Below are positions 29,041-35,718 of a stretch of 64,000 nucleotides of DNA, one piece after another. Position numbers and translations under genes: made by a program. The DNA is taken from positions 1 through 64,000 of the IMG/VR virus record IMGVR_UViG_3300031867_000035. One strand, 5' to 3'. Each line of letters starts with the position of its first letter. The first letter of the stretch is position 1. The notes beneath the pieces are model-generated. The model was not told the origin of the DNA and did not search any database. It worked only from the letters and a program-made list of their open reading frames with translations. This stretch comes from a virus. Taxonomy: Duplodnaviria; Caudoviricetes.

Positions 29041-30174
29041 CTAATAATTTTCTGCTTCTTCTCTAGTACGGAAGAAATGAATACCTGCGGTACACTCTAC
29101 ATTGTACCTTAAATCGAATTCATCAGGACATACTATATCACCTACCTTATATGTAAATTTTCCATCATACCAAGCAAGAGCCTGGTCATAAGTATTACCA
29201 TTATTATCAGTAATACTTATAACTTCAGCCTTATTGGTTCTGCACTTACCATTGTTAATCGAAAAAACAACAGCTCCTTTAGGAATACGAAGTTCAACAA
29301 TTAAATCATTAAGACATTTCTTATAACCTGTCATAGGATTATCTACTATAAGTCCGAGACGAATACTCTCCTTATCATCTAGGGAGGTACTGTTTAAAGT
29401 TGCATAATTAAAATCTGCCTCATCTAAATCTGCACCTTTTAAAGTAGCATAACTTAAATCAGCATACCTTAGATTAGCTTTAACAAAGTAAGACCTAAAG
29501 AAATTAGCACATTCACAATAAGTGTTCGCCAAGTCCGTACACTTAAAGTTCGTGTACTTAGCAGTAACGGATGCTAAATTAGCCTTAAATAAACCAGCCT
29601 CAGTTAAATTAGCGTGCATCAAGTCAGAGTGACTTAAATCTGCACCTACTAATTTAGCCTTTGTTAAATCAGCGGATTCTAATTCTGCATAACTTAACTT
29701 AGCATCATTTAAATAAGCCTCACTTAAATTAGCCTGAATTAAATGAGCATAAGTTAAGTCAGCACCAGTTAAATTGGCTTTAAACAATTTAACTTGATTT
29801 AAGTTAGCGTGCCTTAAACTAGCCTCACTTAAGGAAACATAACTTAAATCTACATTAGAAAAATAAGCAAAATTTAATTTTGCTCTTACTAAATTAGCAT
29901 CATTTAAATTGGCGTTGCTTAAATTGACATCTGTTAAATCAGCTTCTACTAATCTAGCGTGCCAGAAATTAGAGTTAATTAAAGTTGCACAACTTAAATT
30001 AGCCTGAGTTAAATCAGCGCCAATAAAAATAGCTCCTTTTAAATTAGCGTGACTTAAGTCGATACCTCTTAAATCTGCATTAGTAAAGTCAGCACAAACA
30101 CCTCCTTTACCTGCTAACCACTTATGATGATTAGCTAAAATTCTTTTTAATTCTGTCTTTGTTATTTTTCTCAT
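29041..30174 (-). CDS. pentapeptide-repeat protein with DUF5758-like C-terminal domain (paralog 2)
   Basis: same architecture; start MRKITK after gaggag. Confidence 0.9.
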   Translation of the reverse strand: MRKITKTELKRILANHHKWLAGKGGVCADFTNADLRGIDLSHANLKGAIFIGADLTQANLSCATLINSNFWHARLVEADLTDVNLSNANLNDANLVRAKLNFAYFSNVDLSYVSLSEASLRHANLNQVKLFKANLTGADLTYAHLIQANLSEAYLNDAKLSYAELESADLTKAKLVGADLSHSDLMHANLTEAGLFKANLASVTAKYTNFKCTDLANTYCECANFFRSYFVKANLRYADLSYATLKGADLDEADFNYATLNSTSLDDKESIRLGLIVDNPMTGYKKCLNDLIVELRIPKGAVVFSINNGKCRTNKAEVISITDNNGNTYDQALAWYDGKFTYKVGDIVCPDEFDLRYNVECTAGIHFFRTREEAENY

Positions 30175-30249
30175 AACAATTTCTCCTCGCCTGCTATATT
30201 TTTTTGTTAAGTATAATGACCGTTGGTTTAGCAGTCTTGCCATTATACT

Positions 30250-30332
30250 TTGAGTAATTAAATACTCAATTAGTAGTATGGATTATTTCTAACCCATACT
30301 ACTCGGTTGAATATTTAATTATTGCATTCAAC
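30250..30332 (-). ncRNA. three-hairpin intergenic RNA motif, copy A
   Basis: hairpins TTGAGTA/TACTCAA, AGTAGTATGG/CCATACTACT, GTTGAAT/ATTCAAC; homologous to 32032-32109. Confidence 0.5.
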
Positions 30333-30343
30333 ACAAACTTAAA

Positions 30344-30559
30344 TTAAAATTCTCTTATTATTTCATTTCTCTTCATAGCATCATATAATCTGTCTAAGAC
30401 AGACTTATCTTCTAAAGCAGCTATCTCTCTAACGGTTAAGAAATACTTTTCTCCACCAAAATTATCTCTGGTGTAATAATACCAAAGTCCATCTCTTCTG
30501 TCTTTAAAAGCGTGCCATACTTCTTTTCCTACATTTAATGTTATCTTTAATTCTTTCAT
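30344..30559 (-). CDS. hypothetical protein
   Basis: ORF with RBS gaggag. Confidence 0.7.
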   Translation of the reverse strand: MKELKITLNVGKEVWHAFKDRRDGLWYYYTRDNFGGEKYFLTVREIAALEDKSVLDRLYDAMKRNEIIREF

Positions 30560-30580
30560 TATTTTCTTCTCCTCTTCTTT

Positions 30581-31450
30581 TTAAAAATAATATTTTTCTG
30601 CTTCTTCTTTTGTTTTAAAGAAATGTATACCCGAAGTACAATCAACATTATACATTAAACTAAAACTATCTGGTTTTATAACATCACCTACCTTATAAAT
30701 AAATTTAGAATCATAAACCGATATAGCTTCTTCATAAGAATTACCTTCACTATCGGTGATACTAATTACTTTAACTTTATTAGTTCTACAATCAGTGTTG
30801 TTAATTGAGAACACAATCGCACCTTTAGGAATACGTAATTTTACTATGCGATTTCCAGAGCACTTCTTATATCCTATCATAGACTTTTCCAAAGTTATGC
30901 CACGGCGTATCTCCTCCTTCTTATCTAATGAAGCATCGTGTAAATCTGCACCTTGTAAATCTGCACCTTGTAAATCTGCACCATTTAAAAAGGCTCTTAA
31001 ATTTGAACTTATTAAAGAAGCGTAACTTAAGTTTGCCTTTCTTAAATCTGTTCTAAATAAACAAGCATCATTTAAATCTGCACCTTGTAAATCTGCATTT
31101 TGAAAATCAGCCAAACTTAAATTTGCACGATATAAATTAGCTTCTTTTAAAATAGCATAATTTAAATCAGCCTTTGTTAAATCAGCTCCTTTTAAATTTG
31201 CGTTACTAAAGTCTGCAAATTTAGCAGAATAAATATTTAAATAAGCATAACTTAAATCTGCACCTTTTAAATTTGTATTATTTAAAACCGCATTAAGTAA
31301 TACTGCCTTATATAAAGAAGCATTAGATAAATCAAGACCACTAAGGTCTACATTCTTTAAATTAAAACGCTGTCCATCTGGCATATTATTAAGCCACTCT
31401 ACGTGCTTCTCTAAAAGCACATTCAATTCTTTTTGTGTTAATGTTTTCAT
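30581..31450 (-). CDS. pentapeptide-repeat protein with DUF5758-like C-terminal domain (paralog 3)
   Basis: same architecture; includes 15-bp tandem repeat TAAATCTGCACCTTG at 30941-30982 (ADLQG). Confidence 0.9.
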   Translation of the reverse strand: MKTLTQKELNVLLEKHVEWLNNMPDGQRFNLKNVDLSGLDLSNASLYKAVLLNAVLNNTNLKGADLSYAYLNIYSAKFADFSNANLKGADLTKADLNYAILKEANLYRANLSLADFQNADLQGADLNDACLFRTDLRKANLSYASLISSNLRAFLNGADLQGADLQGADLHDASLDKKEEIRRGITLEKSMIGYKKCSGNRIVKLRIPKGAIVFSINNTDCRTNKVKVISITDSEGNSYEEAISVYDSKFIYKVGDVIKPDSFSLMYNVDCTSGIHFFKTKEEAEKYYF

Positions 31451-31540
31451 TTTCTTTTCCTCTCATATTTTTATAATATATTTTTTTGCCTGCAGCCCAG
31501 GCTCTGCTTCCAAGGCTGGCCGTTTACGCCAGCTAAATAA

Positions 31541-32025
31541 GGGACCCTAGTGTTTGAATAATGAAGCAGTCGGGTCCGAATCCAAAAAACTTTTCCTGTA
31601 GAAATAATGATACCCTATTGTTTTAATAATCTAAGTAACAATAGTATGTACAGAAAAAGTTTTTTTAAAACGGACCCTAGTGCTACAAAATCAATCAAGC
31701 TAGGTTGCATTAAGCGTTTTCATAGGGAAAAATGAGGTTTCAATATTTTTTCAGTGTATTTTCATAATTGTTTTCATAGATTTTTACCGAAATGCTAACA
31801 CACTCGACACAAAATCCACACTAAACAATTAGTAAAACAACACAAAAAATAAATTTAGCACTCGTCTAGTTAGAGTGCAACCTCGTTTTTGCCAGAAAAA
31901 GTGCAAAAGCAACCTAGCTTGTTCGAAATTAAAACAGTCGGGTCCGTGCACATCTCGGAGACATTTGTCATTCTCAGAGACATACATAGCTAGACCCTGC
32001 TGTAATAACTTTGAAACACTAGGGT
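31541..32025. other. non-coding element of nested inverted repeats (structured RNA or origin/packaging region)
   Basis: perfect IRs 31544-31555/32014-32025 and 31696-31708/31909-31921; long hairpin 31572-31677. Confidence 0.55.
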
Positions 32026-32031
32026 TTCAGA

Positions 32032-32109
32032 TTGAGTACTTAAATACTCAATTAGAGATACGGACTTTTATCAAGCCCGTGAATCTCTCGGCTGAGTATT
32101 CAAATACTC
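32032..32109 (-). ncRNA. three-hairpin intergenic RNA motif, copy B
   Basis: 23/24 identity to copy A over the first hairpin; covarying middle helix. Confidence 0.5.
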
Positions 32110-32133
32110 TTTAGGCCTTATAAGGCTAAAAGC

Positions 32134-32463
32134 TTAGGCTCTAAATGTGTTCCAGAAATAATATAGGAACATATCTACACAGTTACGATAATCCTTATCA
32201 CTTACTGTGAAGTCGAAATCATCTGTTCCATAGAAAGTAATTCTGTACTTGTCATTAAAGTAACTAACTGCAATCCAATCTTCAGATGGAGTGTAATCTA
32301 GAGAACTAGGGATACACTCATCATTGAAGTAATCCTTCATACATACAGGTCGAACGTAAGCAGGCTTACCACCCTTAGGTGCCTTAGCCTGAGCAGCTAC
32401 ATAGCGAGCGAATGATTCGCCGATTAACATTGTTAAATCTAATAAAAAGTTTTGTTTTGTCAT
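32134..32463 (-). CDS. hypothetical protein
   Basis: ORF with RBS gaggagg. Confidence 0.75.
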   Translation of the reverse strand: MTKQNFLLDLTMLIGESFARYVAAQAKAPKGGKPAYVRPVCMKDYFNDECIPSSLDYTPSEDWIAVSYFNDKYRITFYGTDDFDFTVSDKDYRNCVDMFLYYFWNTFRA

Positions 32464-32469
32464 ATTTGT

Positions 32470-33143
32470 TCCTCCTCACCTTGTTATGTTCAAGGCTGGT
32501 CTAATCTGCCGACCATCTCGCAAAATAAATGTAAATATTATATCTATAAGATAAAACTGATATCTTTAGTGTCCGTCAGTGGCGGACAGATAAAGCAATC
32601 ATAGAATAATCTGATAACCTTATAAGAGAGAGCTATAGTATCTCTACTATAGCATTCTCTTTCTTAGCCCATCTCAAAATGTCTTTGTAAGATGCAAAGC
32701 CTTCAGAGACTTTACTAGTAATCCTTTTATTACCTATAAAGTAATGAATTCCTCCATCTCTGGCATTTTGAAACATTGGTATAACTTCTGTTTCATATTC
32801 CTCATAGAAACAGGTTACGCCAAAAGCATCTAATACAATCTTATAAGATTTCATATTTTTGTTCTCCTTCTAGAGAGAATTAATCTCTCTTATAAGATTA
32901 CCAGATTCTATCACCAGCAGTAGGGTAACGAGTTTTTTCACGGCCTTTATCTTGACCATCGTCTCTCTAGCGAACAACCAGGGGACATCTCGATATGGTT
33001 CGACACACGCAATGTCATTCCTGTGTTCAGAGAAACTTTCTTATTCTGCTCTATTGCTCGAGCACTTTCATTATCTTACGCTCATTCATCAGACGTTCAG
33101 ACGGCACTAGGCCTTCTCGCAAATCTAATGCGTAAGCTGGTGA
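32470..33143 (-). ncRNA. candidate large structured RNA with embedded ORF
   Basis: closing stem 32911-32918/33136-33143, 24-bp stem 32608-32631/32884-32907, further hairpins; TATAAT on minus strand at 33165-33170. Confidence 0.45.
32633..32854 (-). CDS. 73-aa hypothetical protein enclosed by a 24-bp inverted repeat
   Basis: RBS aaggag, ATG, TAG. Confidence 0.7.
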   Translation of the reverse strand: MKSYKIVLDAFGVTCFYEEYETEVIPMFQNARDGGIHYFIGNKRITSKVSEGFASYKDILRWAKKENAIVEIL

Positions 33144-33428
33144 AAAGATTTATATATTAATAGGATTATATCCTAGGGTTTTTTATTTGTTATGTTGTTG
33201 AATATTATTATCCTTACTCGTATTAAATATATTTTTTTTGTTAGGTTGTGGTTTGTTTTGTATATATTTAATGGGTCGCTCAGATAAGAGGTACACCCCC
33301 TAAATAATAAACACAACTCAACATAATATATATATTAAATGGGATACAACATCAACATAATATATTTTTAGGACGGGTCACAGAATTTTCAGGATTTTTC
33401 AATTCACCCCTAGGTAACTTTCTCAAAA

Positions 33429-33473
33429 ACATTTGTCATTCCCCTTGACATTTGTCATTATTCGTGCTATACT
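33429..33473 (+). promoter_or_regulatory. sigma-70/A promoter with direct-repeat operator
   Basis: TTGACA(33445)-N17-TATACT(33468) with TG; ACATTTGTCATT at 33429 and 33448 flanking/overlapping the -35. Confidence 0.75.
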
Positions 33474-33535
33474 CTTAGTGTATAGAGGATAACTCCCTGG
33501 GGTAAACGCCCAGGAACTGCAAAGGGGGTAACACA

Positions 33536-34048
33536 ATGTATAAACTAAATAATAGATTATTTATTGTAACAGACATTTCTACCTTAGAGGAGAAGACATA
33601 TGAAGGTATGAGAGGATGCAGTGAGGCCACGGGTATCACAATGTATAAGCTACACCTGATAGCTGATGCTGGAGACAATAAGGATTGGTACGTCACTACT
33701 ACAAAAGGCAACGCCTACAAGGTGAGATGCACTGTGGATGTGAACCAGCCTGTTATTGTAGCCTATCCTGTAGTGCCTGATATGTTTGCACCTATAAAGT
33801 TTAAGAGTGTTACGAAGCTGATTCAGCAGTTTGGTATAGGTAAGAACACAATCTATAGAAGATGGGCCGAGGCTTACCCTGTGTATGAGGATAACCCTAC
33901 AGAGTTGATAGTCAAGTACTGGCAGCATAATACTCCAGTGACCTGCAAGAGTGGTAACGCCTATGGGGAGCAGTTCGTGCTAAGGTTCTACAAGGAGTAT
34001 AATAAGGGAGATAAAGAAGCTTTTGAAAAACATAAAGGTTATAAATAG
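33536..34048 (+). CDS. putative DNA-binding protein with two NUMOD1-like HTH modules
   Basis: KTYEGMRGCSEATGITMYKL and IKFKSVTKLIQQFGIGKNTIYRR. Confidence 0.45.
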   Translation: MYKLNNRLFIVTDISTLEEKTYEGMRGCSEATGITMYKLHLIADAGDNKDWYVTTTKGNAYKVRCTVDVNQPVIVAYPVVPDMFAPIKFKSVTKLIQQFGIGKNTIYRRWAEAYPVYEDNPTELIVKYWQHNTPVTCKSGNAYGEQFVLRFYKEYNKGDKEAFEKHKGYK

Positions 34049-34058
34049 GAGGAAGAGT

Positions 34059-34616
34059 ATGAATAATTTTATTACAGAGATTAGTGAAGAGGATTTCAAA
34101 AGATTACACCTGATTGGTTATGATAATGAGAGGGTAGATAATGGTGATGGTAGCTTCAGTTTCAAGTTCATCAAGAAGAGTTTGAATGATAAGCTCGAGG
34201 AATATAAGAAGTACCTTGCAGAGACTATCCTAAAGGATAAGGTAGACTTACCTTGGGTTATGGCAGTATGTGTACATATAGAGCCTACGGAAGAAGGGGT
34301 AGCTAAAGAGAGGGAAGTGCTGCAGAATTTTACAGCTAACATTAATCATCCAAGACACGGTGAGGTTATTGATTATAGTAAAGAGGCTTATCTTCAAGCT
34401 CTATATAATTTCAGCTACTATGATAAGTGGATGGATAGAATGGGTCACACTACCTATGAGTTTGGCATTGGGCTAGACCATTTATATTCTACAAGGGATA
34501 AGTGGATGGCAAAAGGTTGGATAGATTATTTTGAGGTTAGGAAGAAGGATACGAAAGCAGTATATATTATTCATCTTGAAGGAAAGCCAGAGGATTATTT
34601 AAATGGTAAAAATTAA
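34059..34616 (+). CDS. hypothetical protein
   Basis: start MNNFIT after aggagg. Confidence 0.7.
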   Translation: MNNFITEISEEDFKRLHLIGYDNERVDNGDGSFSFKFIKKSLNDKLEEYKKYLAETILKDKVDLPWVMAVCVHIEPTEEGVAKEREVLQNFTANINHPRHGEVIDYSKEAYLQALYNFSYYDKWMDRMGHTTYEFGIGLDHLYSTRDKWMAKGWIDYFEVRKKDTKAVYIIHLEGKPEDYLNGKN

Positions 34617-34899
34617 AGTTACAGATATATTATTAAACCCACTTGTCAAAACAGATTACACAGTGGTCATTGATGATGAAGAAGAAAGCTTAAACAATGC
34701 TATCATCGAGATTCTAAGAGCTGAACAGACAGAGAAGGAAGACTTAAACACTTTAATCAGGAAGTATAATTCAAGTGCTAGAAGATTCAACAGAGGTCTA
34801 TCGAATACTATTTTCATTTACACACATCCTGCAGAGGGTGTAGTGCTAAGAACCGTCATAGAGATTTATAAACAGATAGCAAAGGAGGTGAGCCTATAA
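34603..34899 (+). CDS. hypothetical protein
   Basis: ORF, RBS gagga. Confidence 0.65.
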   Translation: MVKIKVTDILLNPLVKTDYTVVIDDEEESLNNAIIEILRAEQTEKEDLNTLIRKYNSSARRFNRGLSNTIFIYTHPAEGVVLRTVIEIYKQIAKEVSL

Positions 34900-35135
34900 T
34901 GGATTTCGGTGAGGCATTAAGACTTCTAAAGCAAGGCGGAAAAGTTGCAAGACACGGCTGGAACGGCAAAGGTATGTGGCTAGAGCTACAGAGACCTGAT
35001 GTACATTCTAAGATGACTCTACCTTATGTGTACCTTAATTACCCTGTAGGTGATAAGTACCACAATGGTTGCAGAGTTCCGTGGTTAGCATCACAGACAG
35101 ATATGCTAGAGGAAGACTGGGAGGAAGTAAAGTAA
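34899..35135 (+). CDS. tad2: DUF2829 / Tad2-family nucleotide-signal sponge (anti-defence)
   Basis: MDFGEALRLLKQG..VARHGWNGKGMWL..PWLASQTDMLEEDW parallels SPO1 Tad2. Confidence 0.88.
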   Translation: MDFGEALRLLKQGGKVARHGWNGKGMWLELQRPDVHSKMTLPYVYLNYPVGDKYHNGCRVPWLASQTDMLEEDWEEVK

Positions 35136-35137
35136 AG

Positions 35138-35464
35138 ATGAACGCACAAAAGCCAGAGGATGTTATAAAGAGCACCCAAGACTTGAACATCAGAATGATG
35201 GAGTTCCTTCTATCACAGAAGGATAAGAAGCTTAGCTACGCTGATGTAGCAAGTATGATAGCAAGGTCGTTTTCAGAGTTTGAGAAGGATTCTAAAAAAG
35301 AGACAAGTCATTTCAATAAGGAGAAGCTAGCTGGTAAATCACCTGAGCTTGTCTACAGTATGACGATGTACGCTTGCTTCACTCAGTTAATAGGGGATTT
35401 CTTATTCTGTTGTTCACCAGAAGAGGCAGAAAAAATTACTGCACTATTGCAAAAGAAAGATTAA
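35138..35464 (+). CDS. hypothetical protein
   Basis: start MNAQKP after ggagg. Confidence 0.65.
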   Translation: MNAQKPEDVIKSTQDLNIRMMEFLLSQKDKKLSYADVASMIARSFSEFEKDSKKETSHFNKEKLAGKSPELVYSMTMYACFTQLIGDFLFCCSPEEAEKITALLQKKD

Positions 35465-35475
35465 AGCTATATAAT
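35447..35475 (+). promoter_or_regulatory. promoter for the tRNA
   Basis: TTGCAA-N17-TATAAT; hairpin GTACAGC/GCTGTAC at 35482-35499 in the leader. Confidence 0.75.
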
Positions 35476-35505
35476 ACTAGAGTACAGCTAAGGCTGTACC
35501 TACAT

Positions 35506-35581
35506 CGGAGAGTAGAGCAGTGGTTAGCTCGCTTGGCTCATACCCAGGAGGACGGGGGTTCAAATCCCTCCTCTCCAACCA
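35506..35581 (+). tRNA. initiator tRNA-fMet (CAT), CCA encoded
   Basis: 76-nt cloverleaf; C1xA72 mismatch, A11:U24, anticodon loop CTCATAC, TTCAAAT T-loop, 3' ACCA. Confidence 0.95.
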
Positions 35582-35617
35582 TATTATTCTTTAATAGCTT
35601 TTTTGCTCACTATTAAA

Positions 35618-35653
35618 AAGATAAGGCAACAGATAACGTTGTCTTATTTTTTT
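35618..35653 (+). terminator. terminator after tRNA, directly followed by extended -10 TGATATAAT (35659-35667) for the giant gene
   Basis: stem AAGATAAGGCAAC/GTTGTCTTATTTT then T-run. Confidence 0.7.
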
Positions 35654-35718
35654 GTCTATGATATAATTAATATAGATAATCGTTTATCCAAAATAAATAG
35701 AGAGGGGTCTACACAAAA

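Noticed and set aside
9105-30288. 14-bp complementarity between the terminator at 9105-9118 and motif copy A at 30275-30288
   Set aside because: Matches of this length are expected by chance in 64 kb of AT-rich DNA
27974-31450. Diversity-generating retroelement acting on the paralogous C-termini
   Set aside because: No reverse transcriptase in the window, and differences between copies are not restricted to adenines
32032-32113. Repeat-36 nt-repeat layout resembling a mini CRISPR array or Racr
   Set aside because: The would-be spacer is itself a helix conserved with covariation in the second copy; only two degenerate units; no cas genes. Kept as an RNA motif instead
31875-32114. 79-aa plus-strand ORF in the structured region
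   Set aside because: GTG start without RBS, atypical composition, overlaps the inverted-repeat elements
32608-32907. DNA inverton or MITE flanking the small ORF
   Set aside because: No recombinase or transposase seen, no target duplication, and mismatches are strand-specific G.U pairs. Not fully excluded
33040-33095. CTGATGA...GAAA on the minus strand resembling a hammerhead ribozyme core
   Set aside because: Stem II cannot form beyond two A-U pairs, and stem III has a mismatch next to A15.1-U16.1
32470-33143. Group I/II intron, retron or tmRNA identity for the structured RNA
   Set aside because: No P7 (GACUA/UAGUC) or domain V motifs, no interrupted host gene, no RT, no tRNA-like ends recognised
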